A stretch of 64,000 nucleotides of DNA from an uncultured Chloroflexia bacterium (GCA_963720755.1 CAVRGP010000006.1:32001-96000); one strand, 5' to 3'; positions 37,802-47,597 are shown, numbered from the stretch's first letter. A program made the numbers and translations. The notes: generated by a model from the letters alone, not told the origin.

Positions 37802-38256
37802 CGCTCGAGCCGGAACCTGAGCGCCTCGAGGTCGAGGGCAGCCGCGCGCCGGGCCTGTGGCGCGACCATCGATTCGAACATCCGATAGCGCAACGGCAGG
37901 CCGACCCGGACCGACCAGCGAAGCCGGGTCCTTGGCCCGTCCTCCGCCAACCCATCGGCGACGAGCACGGCATCGATCTCGATCGTCACGCCGTCGACGT
38001 CCCGGCCCCGGAGGCCGAAGGCCGCATCGGTCGCCAGAACGGTCACCGCACCGTCGAGCAGGGTCGATCGTCCGGCGACCGTCTGGGAGATCCGCAGCCG
38101 TGACCCGGCGGCGATCGGCCCGGCGTCGAGTCGTTCCACGCCGGTGATCCCGGAGGCGATCAGCCAGGCCGGCCAGCGCTCGACATCGGTCAGGGCCGTG
38201 AAGACATCTGTCGGCGGGCGTGCGATCGTCGTCTCGATCTCGACCGAGATCGTCAT
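37798..38256 (-). CDS. SRPBCC/polyketide cyclase family protein
   Basis: IARPPTDVFTALTDVERWPAW; ATGA overlaps with both neighbours. Confidence 0.85.
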   Translation of the reverse strand: MTISVEIETTIARPPTDVFTALTDVERWPAWLIASGITGVERLDAGPIAAGSRLRISQTVAGRSTLLDGAVTVLATDAAFGLRGRDVDGVTIEIDAVLVADGLAEDGPRTRLRWSVRVGLPLRYRMFESMVAPQARRAAALDLEALRFRLER

Positions 38257-38615
38257 CGTGGCCGGCTCGTGTCGGGGGCCAGCCGGATCCGGAAGCTCGG
38301 ACCGCTGCCCAGGCTCTCCGCCGGCGTCCCATAGTGGATGATCAGCGCCGCGACCGCCCGCCCGTGGTCGGCCCGCTCGAGGAGTTCGGCGACGCCATCG
38401 AACGCGCGCGAACCGATCGTGACCCGGCAGGCGGGATCCTCGACCAGGTTGGCGGCCCAGGCGCTGTCCGACGCCCCGGAAGCGACGAGGATCGCGCTCG
38501 ACGGCGCGGCCGGATCGTCCACGTATCCGACGGTCACGGTGCGCACCGTGCCGGACCGGCGACCGCGAGTCTCGATCCGGGCATATCGGCCGGACGCGAC
38601 GAGCTCGGCATCCAT
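38253..38615 (-). CDS. Deazaflavin (F420)-dependent nitroreductase/quinone reductase family protein
   Basis: IETRGRRSG..R and SAWAANLVEDP motifs; AGGAGG RBS before ATG. Confidence 0.8.
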   Translation of the reverse strand: MDAELVASGRYARIETRGRRSGTVRTVTVGYVDDPAAPSSAILVASGASDSAWAANLVEDPACRVTIGSRAFDGVAELLERADHGRAVAALIIHYGTPAESLGSGPSFRIRLAPDTSRPR

Positions 38616-38635
38616 CGCCTCCTGATCGGAAGGGA

Positions 38636-39809
38636 TCAGCGGCTCCGCTGCCAGGACTTGCCTTCGGTCTGGGTGGACGGCGCGTAGACCATCTCGACCC
38701 GCTGCATGTCGCGGATCGATCGGGCCCCCAGCGCAGCCATCGACTGGCGCAGGGCGCCGACCAGGTTCTCCGATCCATCGGTCACGTGGGCGGGGCCGAA
38801 CAGGATGCGCTCCAGCGACCCGACCGTCCCGACCTTGATCCGGGTCCCGCGCGGGAGGGTCGGCGACGGGTGCCGCCATCCCCCAGTTCATACCCCGGCC
38901 GGGAGCTTCCTCGGCTCGCGCCAGTGGCGAACCGATCATCAACGCATCGGCCCCTGCCGCGATGGCCTTGGCCAACTCGCCACCCCGGCGCATCCCGCCG
39001 TCCGCGACGACCGGGACGTAGCGGCCCGTCTCGGCGAAATAGGCGTCGCGGGCGGCGGCGACGTCGCTGATCGCGGTGACCTGCGGGACCCCGATCCCGA
39101 GGACCTCACGGGTCGTGCAGGCGGCGCCAGGGCCGACGCCGACGAACACCGCGGCGGCTCCCTGCTCCATCAAGGCGAACGCCGCCTCGGCGTTGGTCGT
39201 GTTGCCGACAGCCACCGGGATGGGCAGCTCGCGCGCGAAGTCCGCGAGCGACAGCGGCTCGTACTCGGTGGCGATGTGACGCGCCGACGAGACCTGGCTC
39301 TGGACCAGGAACAGGTCCGCGCCATGGTCGGCGCAGTACGACCCGAACCGGCGGGCGACCCCGGGCGTCGCGGCGACCGCCGCCGGCGACCCGAGCTGGT
39401 GGATCTCGTCCAGCCGCCGAGCGATGAGTCCTTCGCGGATCGGCTGCTGGTACACCTCGGCGAGGACGGCCTGGACATCGGCGTCGGCGGCGGTCGCGAT
39501 CCGCTGGAGGATCGTGTCGGGCTCGTCGTAGCGCGTCTGGACGCCCTCGAGGTTCAGGATCGCCAGACCACCGAGCCCGGCGAGCACGCCCGCGAAGGCC
39601 GGATCCACGACGGCGTCCATCGCCGAGGCGAGGATCGGGACCCGGAGCTCGATGCCGGCGAACGACTGGGACAGCTCGACGTCACTGGGCTCGATCGTGT
39701 CGGTGCCCGGGGCGAGCGAGACGTCGTCGAACCCGTAGGTCGGACGGATCGTGTCCACCTTCGAATGGAAGACCCGGCGCAAGGCGGCCGTCGCGATCCC
39801 CGGGTTCAT
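38636..39809 (-). pseudogene. GuaB3-family IMP dehydrogenase-like protein, +1 frameshift near 38870 (probable sequence error)
   Basis: YGFDDVSLAPG, ASAMDAVV, GVGPGAACTTREVLGIGVPQ, ADGG. After the shift the reading resumes SPTLPRGTRIKVG..GKSWQRSR*. Confidence 0.88.
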
Positions 39810-39881
39810 TGGCGCTGCGCTTCGGTCGATCACGTGGCCCTCCTGTGCCGCCTCACGAGGGCTGCCGGCCCTCCGCCGAGT

Positions 39882-40418
39882 CTACCAGCGCGTCAGCTTC
39901 GGCGACCGGTGGTCGGATTCGGCCCGGTCGCCCGACAGGGTGAGCTCGAACCAGGCGGCTCGCTCCGGCTCCGACAGGTCGTCCCGGATCCGCTCGATGG
40001 CCGTCCGGTAGCCGGGCCAGATCACCTGTTGATGCGCCTCGTCCAGATCGTGCCAGCGGAGATCGTCATGCTCGGCGGACAGGTGTGCCTCAGCCTCGGG
40101 ACGGAGGCGAACGGCGAAGACGGCTGCGGTCACGATCGCGTCGTAGGACGGCTCATGGAACTGGTTGACCAGGTCGAGATCGTAGAACGCCTCGATCGCA
40201 TCGGGTCCGAACCCGGTCTCCTCCCGGAGTTCCCGGAGCGCGCCGGCCGTCACGCGTTCTCCCGGTTCGAGCGTGCCGGACACGCACTGCCACAGGCCGG
40301 GCAGGATCCGTCCGGGCGCCCGGCGCAGCAGGAGGATCTCGGGACGCTCCACGTCACGGGCGGTCAGCCCGACCCGGAAGACCCAGCAATCGACGATATC
40401 CGGTCGGAACGGGCTCAT
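39882..40418 (-). CDS. NUDIX hydrolase
   Basis: WQCVSGTLEPGE..ALRELREETG Nudix box; LSAEH. Confidence 0.9.
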   Translation of the reverse strand: MSPFRPDIVDCWVFRVGLTARDVERPEILLLRRAPGRILPGLWQCVSGTLEPGERVTAGALRELREETGFGPDAIEAFYDLDLVNQFHEPSYDAIVTAAVFAVRLRPEAEAHLSAEHDDLRWHDLDEAHQQVIWPGYRTAIERIRDDLSEPERAAWFELTLSGDRAESDHRSPKLTRW

Positions 40419-40461
40419 CGCATCGAACCTGCGGGCGGGTCCGGTCGTTCGATGTGGCGGG

Positions 40462-40791
40462 TCACAGTCGCTCGAAGCGTTCGACCGGCATGACGAAGAC
40501 CGTCGCGCCGCCGACCTCCACCTCGAGCGGATACGGCATGAAGAACTCGCCAGGTTCCATGATCGGCGGCATCGGGTTCATGACCTGGGTGCGGGAGGTG
40601 CAGTTCGCCCGGACGATGCCGATCACCTCGTCGACGTCACCGTCCTCCACGCCGAGGATGATCGTCGCGTTGGATTGCTTCAGGAACCCGCCCGAGCTCT
40701 GGAGACGGGTCGCCCGGAATTCCTTGTCGAGCAGGGCAGTGACGAGAGCGCCGGCGTCCTCGCTGTGGACGATGGCAACGACAAGCTTCAC
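40462..40791 (-). CDS. darA: Cyclic-di-AMP receptor, PII-like (DarA/PstA/YaaQ)
   Basis: KLVVAIV..ED, ATRLQSSGGFL..N.T..GV, VEVGGATVFV; near tmk as in Firmicutes. Confidence 0.92.
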   Translation of the reverse strand: MKLVVAIVHSEDAGALVTALLDKEFRATRLQSSGGFLKQSNATIILGVEDGDVDEVIGIVRANCTSRTQVMNPMPPIMEPGEFFMPYPLEVEVGGATVFVMPVERFERL

Positions 40792-40903
40792 GGGCGGAGT
40801 ATCGACGCCGAGCGTGTCCCGGGTCAATGCATGGCCCTCGCGGCGGTCGAGGCGTGGCCGTCGCGGTGTACGATGCGTCCCCTACCTAGCGCAGGAGTCC
40901 GCC

Positions 40904-41923
40904 GTGCCCGACGACCGACAACCCAGCGATCCCAGGCTTGCCATCTCCGCGGCCATCGAGGCTCTCGCGACAGGGGTCGATCTCGAAGTGATCCTCGACG
41001 GGATCCTGGCAACCGCGGTCGGCGCGACACGATCCGCGATGGCCGCCATCGTCGTCTCCGATCCCGACCGGCAGGGCCTCCAGATCATGGCCTCCAGCGG
41101 GATGGACGCATCGGCCGTCAGTCGCCTGTCGGATGAGATCGGCGATCCCGCCCATCCGTTCGCGACCGCAGCCATGCTGCGCGAGACGACCTTCGACCGA
41201 GCGGCGACCACGCCGGACGGCGCCGCCTTCGTCGGCGCCTACCTTCCGTTGATGGTGACGACCGGCGGTGTGGAGGCTTCGATCGGGTCGCTCGGCCTCG
41301 GCTGGCCAGGGCCTAGAACCCTCGACGACCCGGAGCGCGAGCTGCTGACCGCCATCGCCTCACTCGCGGCGATCGCCATCGATCGGGCGCGACTCGCATC
41401 CACCGCGGCCGAACGGTCCGAATGGTTCGAGCGGATGGCGCACACCGATCCGCTGACCGGCCTGGCCAACGAGCGGACGGTCGGTCGCATCCTCGAGACC
41501 GAACTCGCCCGCGCTGCACGGCAGGGCGGCGAGGTGTCGTTCGCCATCCTCGACGTCGACGACTTCCAGGCGACCAACCTCGAAGGCGGCCACGACGCCG
41601 GCGACGACGTCCTCCGCCGGGTCGCTGCGGTCCTCGCCGAATCGGTCAGGCTTGTCGACACCGTCGGTCGGATCGGCGGGGACGAATTCGTCCTGATCGC
41701 GCCCGGCGCGGCCGGGACCGTCGTCGCCGAGCGAGTCCTGGCCGGGATCGCGGCGCTGCCGGCGGTGGCCGGCCGGCCGATCACCGTATCGGCCGGGGTC
41801 GCTCGCTTCCCCGCCGACGGGGCGGACGCCCAGGCGCTCATCGCGGCGGCGACAGCTGGCCTGGAGCGAGCCCGAAGCGACGGCCGTGGCAAGGTCGGCT
41901 CCGCGTTGGGCGCGGACGCCTAA
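40904..41923 (+). CDS. GAF-GGDEF diguanylate cyclase
   Basis: GAF domain, TDPLTGLAN, RLVD I-site, RIGGDEF; GGAG RBS before GTG. Confidence 0.9.
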   Translation: MPDDRQPSDPRLAISAAIEALATGVDLEVILDGILATAVGATRSAMAAIVVSDPDRQGLQIMASSGMDASAVSRLSDEIGDPAHPFATAAMLRETTFDRAATTPDGAAFVGAYLPLMVTTGGVEASIGSLGLGWPGPRTLDDPERELLTAIASLAAIAIDRARLASTAAERSEWFERMAHTDPLTGLANERTVGRILETELARAARQGGEVSFAILDVDDFQATNLEGGHDAGDDVLRRVAAVLAESVRLVDTVGRIGGDEFVLIAPGAAGTVVAERVLAGIAALPAVAGRPITVSAGVARFPADGADAQALIAAATAGLERARSDGRGKVGSALGADA

Positions 41924-42567
41924 CCCACCAGCCCGTCGACGGCGGCAGCAGCGGCAGCAGCCACAAGGTCCGCCGAGGCCGCAGCGTCGATCACCACGAA
42001 CCGGTCGGGTTCGGCGACAGCCAACTCGAGGAACCCGGCGCGCACGCGACGGTGGAATGCCAGATCGAATTCAGCCTCGAACCGAGTCACGTCGTCGGGC
42101 GCCTTTCGGGCGAGGCCATCCTCGACGGGCAGGTCGAGCAGGATCGTCAGATCGGGCCGCAGACCGTCCGTCGCGGCGGCTTCGAGCAGGCGCAGCTCGG
42201 CGAGCGGGATCCCGGCGCCGTACCCCTGGTAGGCCAGGGTGGAGTCGGCGAACCGGGCGCACAGGACGGTCCGGCCGGCCGCAAGTGATGGACGGATCAC
42301 CTCGGTCACGAGCTGCCGGCGGGCTGCGCTGAACAGGAGGGCGTCGGTCAATGGGTCGGTCGCGGCTGCTGCATCGGTCCTGGCCAGGATGACCTCGCGG
42401 ATCCGTTCACCGAGCCATGTCCCGCCCGGTTCCCGAGTCACATGGACGTCGAGGCCGATCCGCTCGAAGTGCGCAGCCAGTGCCGTCGCCTGCGTCGTCT
42501 TCCCGGCGCCCTCCGGTCCTTCGATGGTGATGAACCAGCCGCGGGACGGCGTGCCAGGGCGAGTCAC
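41920..42567 (-). CDS. tmk: Thymidylate kinase
   Basis: FITIEGPEGAGKTTQ, TREPGGT, RFADSTLAYQGYG, PDLTILLD. Confidence 0.96.
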   Translation of the reverse strand: MTRPGTPSRGWFITIEGPEGAGKTTQATALAAHFERIGLDVHVTREPGGTWLGERIREVILARTDAAAATDPLTDALLFSAARRQLVTEVIRPSLAAGRTVLCARFADSTLAYQGYGAGIPLAELRLLEAAATDGLRPDLTILLDLPVEDGLARKAPDDVTRFEAEFDLAFHRRVRAGFLELAVAEPDRFVVIDAAASADLVAAAAAAAVDGLVG

Positions 42568-42609
42568 TGATCGAGTGTAGCCGACCCGTCGGCACCGGCC
42601 GATCGCCAC

Positions 42610-44211
42610 TTGGCCGAAGATACGCCCGTGCTGTCGGATCGCAGGATATCGATCACTGGTCGGCGACGGCTTGCCCTCGCCGGGCCGGCCCTCGCCCTGC
42701 TGTTCCTTGTCCCGGCCGTCGTGTCCGCCCACCCGTTGGGCAACTTCACCGTGAACCACTACGCCGGGGTCCGTGTCGAGCCCGATCGGATCCTCCTCGA
42801 TGTGGTCATCGACCAGGCAGAGATCCCGACCTTCCAGGCTCGGCTCGGGTTCGACCTGGACGGCGATGGCGAGGTATCAGATGCGGAGACCGATGCCGGT
42901 CGCCTGACCGCCTGCGCCGCCCTCGCTCCCGACCTCCGACTCGAGATCGACGGCGTGCGCCAGAGCCTGGACCTGGCAGCGGCCGGTCTGAGCTTCCCGC
43001 CCGGCGTCGGCGGTCTGTCGACGATGCGGATGGTCTGCGAGTTCGAAGTGCACCCGGTCGGTGGGTTCGACCCCGGGGCGCGGCTGACCTTCACCGATGC
43101 GTTCGCCTCGGATCGACTCGGCTGGCGTGAGATCGTGGTCGGCGCTTCAGGCGTGACGGTCGCCGGGGTGGCTGGGCCGTTGCGATCGACCAGCCCATCG
43201 GACCGATTGACCCACTACCCGACGAACCTGCTGGCGAGCGCCCTCCACGACACCGATGTCGCTCTGACCGTCACGCCCGGTGGACCCTTCGCACCAGTCC
43301 CTGCCGTCCCGGACGCGCGACCCGTGATCCCGGAACCGACGGCGGCGCCGCAGGGCCACACCGCCGAGACGCCGCGACCGAGCGCATCGGCGGCGGCGGC
43401 GGTCATCGGGGCGACCGGCGCGGTCCCAGGTGGCGTCTCGATCGACGACCTGCCGACCATCTTCCGATCGGCGGATCTGTCGCCGTTCGTCCTGCTCGCG
43501 TCGATCCTGACCGCGGCGGTGCTCGGCGCCGGCCACGCCTTGACGCCCGGCCATGGCAAGACGCTCATGGCGGCATACCTGGTCGGATCCAGTGGGCGGC
43601 CCATCCATGCCGCCGGGCTCGGTCTGTCCGTCACCTTCGCCCATACCCTGGGGATCCTGATCCTGGCCGCGCTCGTGGTCGGCGCCCAGGGTGTCCTGCC
43701 GGCGGACATCGTGGCGACCGCCGCCCCGCGCGTGGCAGCGATCTCGATCATCCTCATCGGCGGCTGGATGCTGCTCGCGGAAGGTCGGCGCCGGTGGAGC
43801 TCGCGGAGGGCGAGGGCCGATGCGTCCGCCGCGGGACATCCTCACGCTGGTGGTGGACACACCCACCCGATACCGGGCGCGCCGACCATCTCGTGGCGCG
43901 GCCTGTTCGCCCTTGGGCTGGCCGGCGGCATCGTCCCGTCGACGAGTGCGCTCCTCATCCTGCTGGGATCGATCGCCGCGGGTCGGCCGGCGTTCGGGTT
44001 CGCCCTCGTCGTGGCCTTCGGGCTCGGGATGGCGGTCGTGCTCGCCGGCATCGGATCCGGGATCGTGATGGCTCGAGGACGCCTCGCCCGGCTCCCGGTC
44101 GGCCCAGGACTCGGTCGAGCCAGCGAATTCGTCCCGCTCGCGGCAGCCGTCCTGGTGCTCGGATTCGGGTGCTACCTGATGGCACAAGCCGTCACCGGGA
44201 CGACGCTCTGA
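42610..44211 (+). CDS. Nickel/cobalt transporter (RcnA/NicO type) with N-terminal extracytoplasmic domain
   Basis: AHPLGNFTVNHY after a signal peptide; GAGHALTPGHGKT, His-rich loop, GGIVP. Start uncertain. Confidence 0.88.
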   Translation: MAEDTPVLSDRRISITGRRRLALAGPALALLFLVPAVVSAHPLGNFTVNHYAGVRVEPDRILLDVVIDQAEIPTFQARLGFDLDGDGEVSDAETDAGRLTACAALAPDLRLEIDGVRQSLDLAAAGLSFPPGVGGLSTMRMVCEFEVHPVGGFDPGARLTFTDAFASDRLGWREIVVGASGVTVAGVAGPLRSTSPSDRLTHYPTNLLASALHDTDVALTVTPGGPFAPVPAVPDARPVIPEPTAAPQGHTAETPRPSASAAAAVIGATGAVPGGVSIDDLPTIFRSADLSPFVLLASILTAAVLGAGHALTPGHGKTLMAAYLVGSSGRPIHAAGLGLSVTFAHTLGILILAALVVGAQGVLPADIVATAAPRVAAISIILIGGWMLLAEGRRRWSSRRARADASAAGHPHAGGGHTHPIPGAPTISWRGLFALGLAGGIVPSTSALLILLGSIAAGRPAFGFALVVAFGLGMAVVLAGIGSGIVMARGRLARLPVGPGLGRASEFVPLAAAVLVLGFGCYLMAQAVTGTTL

Positions 44212-44248
44212 GCCGAGGATATCGGCGCTCTGCTAGGCTCCGCGACGC

Positions 44249-45697
44249 ATGCGAGACCTGACGGAACGCGCCCTCGACACCGCTTCATCGCGGGGGGCCG
44301 CCTATGCCGACATCCGGGTCGTCCGCCGGCTCGAGGAGAGCATCGCCATCAAGACCGGCCGGGTCGAGGGCGTCGCCTCCGGTGAGACCGAAGGGTTCGG
44401 GGTCAGAGTCCTCGTCGACGGGGCGTGGGGGTTTGCCGCGTCGCACATCCTGACCACGGCAGAGGCCGATCGGGTCGCCGCCGAGGCCGTCCGGATCGCC
44501 CGAGCGAGCGCCACGGCCCTCCGCAACCAGGTGATCCTGGACGACCGTCCGCCGGCCCACGGGACGTACGAAACGCCGATCGAGGTCGACCCGTTCGCGG
44601 TCCCGCTCGAGACCAAGATCGCCGACCTCCTTGCCGCCGACCAGGCCACCGCCGCGGTCAAGGGGATCGCCTTCACCGAATCGAGCTATGCCGCCCAGCG
44701 CGAGTGGAAGACCTTCGCGGCCACGGACGGCAGCCTGACCGAGCAGACGATCACCCACGTCGGGGCCGCGATCGAGGCCAACGCCGTCGATGGCGACGAG
44801 CATCAGCGCCGGAGTTACCCCGACTCGGGCGGTGGCTGGCAGGCGGCCGGCTACGAGTACATCCGGAGTCTTCGCCTGGCCGATCGGGCGGAACCGCTTG
44901 CCTCCGAGGCGGTCGAATTGCTGACCGCGCCGCAGTGCCCATCCGGGCGGTACACGATCGTGCTCGACCCGAGTCAGCTCTATCTCCAGGTCCACGAATC
45001 GTGCGGGCACCCGACCGAACTGGATCGCGTCTTCGGGACCGAGGCGTCGTATGCCGGAACGAGCTTCCTGACGACCGACAAACTCGACGAAGGCTTCCGC
45101 TACGGCTCGGACCTGATCGACATCGTGGCCGATGCGACCGCGCCCGGTGGGATGGGCACGTTCGGCTGGGACGACGAAGGTGTCGCCGCTCAGTCGGTCC
45201 CGCTCATCCAGAACGGCATCCTCGTCGGCTACCTGTCCAGTCGCGAGACCGCGCCGCGGATCGGGCGGCAGAGCGGCGGGGCGATGCGGGCCGATGGCTG
45301 GAACCGGATCCCACTCATCCGGATGACCAACATCAATCTGCTGCCGAAACCGGGGATGAGCCTCGATGACATCGTGACCGATACGGACGATGGCCTGTAC
45401 CTCGCCTCCAACCGCTCCTGGTCCATCGATGACCGCCGACTGAACTTCCAGTTCGCGACGGAGGTCGCCTACGAGATCAAGGGCGGGAAGAAGGGACGGC
45501 TGTTCAAGAACCCGACCTACACCGGGATCACCTACGAATTCTGGCGTTCATGTGACGCGGTCGGCGACGAGTCGAGCTACGTCATGCTCGGCACACCCAA
45601 TTGCGGCAAGGGCGAACCGGGCCAGACCGGCCATGTCGGTCACGCCGTACCGGGTGCACGATTCCGGAACGTCCAGGTCGGTGTCGGCAAGTGGTAA
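44249..45697 (+). CDS. tldD: TldD family metalloprotease
   Basis: GFGVRVL..GAWGFA, HESCGHPTELDR, DDEG, RMTN, CGKGEP. Confidence 0.93.
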   Translation: MRDLTERALDTASSRGAAYADIRVVRRLEESIAIKTGRVEGVASGETEGFGVRVLVDGAWGFAASHILTTAEADRVAAEAVRIARASATALRNQVILDDRPPAHGTYETPIEVDPFAVPLETKIADLLAADQATAAVKGIAFTESSYAAQREWKTFAATDGSLTEQTITHVGAAIEANAVDGDEHQRRSYPDSGGGWQAAGYEYIRSLRLADRAEPLASEAVELLTAPQCPSGRYTIVLDPSQLYLQVHESCGHPTELDRVFGTEASYAGTSFLTTDKLDEGFRYGSDLIDIVADATAPGGMGTFGWDDEGVAAQSVPLIQNGILVGYLSSRETAPRIGRQSGGAMRADGWNRIPLIRMTNINLLPKPGMSLDDIVTDTDDGLYLASNRSWSIDDRRLNFQFATEVAYEIKGGKKGRLFKNPTYTGITYEFWRSCDAVGDESSYVMLGTPNCGKGEPGQTGHVGHAVPGARFRNVQVGVGKW

Positions 45698-45712
45698 ACG
45701 GACGCTAGGGCG

Positions 45713-47065
45713 ATGCACGACGACCGAGCCCAGGACGCGCTCGCGCTGGCACAGGCCGCACTGACGGCGGCGCTCCGCGATGGCGTCACGGAAGCCGAGG
45801 CGTTGGTCATGGCGGACGACCAGGCGCTGACCCGTTTCGCCAACAGCGAGATCCACCAGAACGTCGCCGAGACGAACGTCGCGATCAACTTGCGTGTGGT
45901 CGTCGGCAAGCGGGTCGGGGTCGCTTCCTCCGGACGGACCGACGCCGACGGCCTCCGGCGACTCGCCGAGTCCGCGACCGCGATCGCGCGTGTCGTCGAG
46001 GAGCTTGACGATTGGGGTGGGCTGCCCGGACCGACCGAGATCCGCGACGTGCCGGCGGGCTACAGCCGAGCGACCGCCGGGGCCAGCCCGGAGTTCCGTG
46101 CCGAAGCCGCCCGCGCGGTCATCGCTGCAGCCGATGCCGCCGGGGTCACCGCCTACGGCTCCTTCGCGACCGGCCTCGAATCGATCGCGGTCGCCAATTC
46201 CAGGGGCGTCAGGGCGGCCTCGACCCGGACGACGTCACAGTTGATCACGGTCTCGATGGGCCCGGCCGGAGGGACCGGCTACGCCGAGACCGCAGCGGTC
46301 GATGCCGCGGCGATCGATGCCGCCGCGATCGGCCGCGAGGCGGCGGGCAAGGCCAGGGCGTCCGCGAATGCCGTCTCGATCGAACCCGGCGATTACCCGG
46401 TCGTTCTCGAGGAGTACGCCGTCGTCGACCTCGTCGACTACCTCGGCTACCTCGGCTTCTCGGCGCTGGCGGTCCAGGAGGGTCGGAGCTTCGCCGAGCC
46501 CGGGCGCCGGATCGGCAGCGACCTGGTCACGATCCGCGACGATGGCCACGATCCGGCCGGTCTCCCGCTCGCGTTCGACTACGAGGGCGTGGCCAAGCAG
46601 CGCGTCTCGCTCGTCGAGCAGGGCGTCTGCCGGGACGTGGTCTATGACAGCCAGACCGCCGCTCGAGCGGGCGTGCCGTCCACCGGTCATGGTCTGCCGG
46701 CCCCGAACCCGTGGGGCCCGTTCCCGCTCAACATGGTCATGGAGGCCGGTTCGGCGTCACGCGACGAACTCATCGGCGGCCTCGACCGCGGCCTCCTGGT
46801 GACGCGGTTCCACTACACGAATCCGGTCCACCCGAAGCTCGCGATCGTGACCGGGATGACCAGGGACGGGACGTTCCTCGTCGAGGGCGGCCAGATCGTC
46901 GGACCGGTCCGGAACCTGCGCTACACCCAGAGCTACCTGGACGCGATGCTCGGCACCGTCGCGGTCGGGCGCGACCGGAAGACGCTCAAGGGCTTCCTGG
47001 GTGGCGTCGTCGTGCCCGCCATCCGGGTCGATGGCTGGACGTTCACCGGGGGCACCGAACACTAG
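45713..47065 (+). CDS. pmbA: PmbA/TldE family protein
   Basis: TRFANSEIHQN, PGDYPVVLE, FDYEG, STGH, TGMTRDG; follows tldD. Confidence 0.9.
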   Translation: MHDDRAQDALALAQAALTAALRDGVTEAEALVMADDQALTRFANSEIHQNVAETNVAINLRVVVGKRVGVASSGRTDADGLRRLAESATAIARVVEELDDWGGLPGPTEIRDVPAGYSRATAGASPEFRAEAARAVIAAADAAGVTAYGSFATGLESIAVANSRGVRAASTRTTSQLITVSMGPAGGTGYAETAAVDAAAIDAAAIGREAAGKARASANAVSIEPGDYPVVLEEYAVVDLVDYLGYLGFSALAVQEGRSFAEPGRRIGSDLVTIRDDGHDPAGLPLAFDYEGVAKQRVSLVEQGVCRDVVYDSQTAARAGVPSTGHGLPAPNPWGPFPLNMVMEAGSASRDELIGGLDRGLLVTRFHYTNPVHPKLAIVTGMTRDGTFLVEGGQIVGPVRNLRYTQSYLDAMLGTVAVGRDRKTLKGFLGGVVVPAIRVDGWTFTGGTEH

Positions 47066-47076
47066 TCGGGACGGCC

Positions 47077-47242
47077 GCGCCTGGGCCGAGTGCCTGGTTG
47101 GGCGCCTGGGCCGCGTGCCTGGTTGGGCGCCTGGGCCGCGTGCCTGGGCCGCGAGCCTGGTTGGGCGCCTGGCCGCGTGCCTGGGCCGCGTGCCCGGTTG
47201 GGCGCCTGGCCGCGTGCCCGGGCCGCGTGCCTGGTTCGCGTG
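47077..47242. repeat. Mosaic tandem repeat of ~12-13-bp units
   Basis: Alternating GCCTGGGCCGCGT and GCCTGGTTGGGC subunits, roughly a dozen in total. Confidence 0.9.
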
Positions 47243-47262
47243 CGACGCAGGCCCAGCTCGAA

Positions 47263-47436
47263 CCTGGCAGAAATCCCACCCACAGAACGGTATGGCAAGT
47301 CATCGGGCCACCGGCGCGGTCTCGGGGCCGACCATGGTGCGGTTTCGAGCGTGGGCAACGGGATCCGACTCCACTCCGCACCGCTGACACCCCGGCCAAT
47401 CACCCATAACGTTCTCCGGGTGAACATCTCGCCAGG
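47263..47436. mobile_element. Putative non-autonomous palindromic (MITE/REPIN-like) element B
   Basis: Inverted arms at 47265-47296 and 47403-47434 (21/32); each is 21/32 identical, ungapped, to the matching arm of element A. Confidence 0.5.
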
Positions 47437-47530
47437 CTGCGGGCCGGACGTGTTGTCAGGCTGCGGGCCCGACGTGTTGTCAGGCTGCGGGCCGGACGTG
47501 TTGTCAGGTCGCGGGCCGGACGTCTTGCCA
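47433..47530. repeat. 24-bp tandem repeat x4
   Basis: CAGGCTGCGGGCCGGACGTGTTGT at 47433, 47457, 47481 and (degenerate) 47505; no spacers. Confidence 0.95.
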
Positions 47531-47597
47531 TGTCGCGAACGACACGAACCGCACGCGCCCCGCAAGGTTTCGAAACGTTAGCCGCGTCGCTGGACAT

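Noticed and set aside
38253-39833. Apparent IMPDH-nitroreductase fusion ORF (526 aa)
   Set aside because: Created by a +1 frameshift near 38870. The true GuaB3 C-terminus is in another frame ending at 38636, and the reductase has its own AGGAGG and ATG at 38615.
47433-47530. Possible CRISPR array (24-bp repeats)
   Set aside because: Repeats are head-to-tail with no unique spacers, and no cas genes are present.
47043-47597. Repetitive ORFs across the pmbA-moxR intergenic region
   Set aside because: Open frames arise from stop-free GC-rich tandem repeats on both strands; no RBS or protein-like composition.
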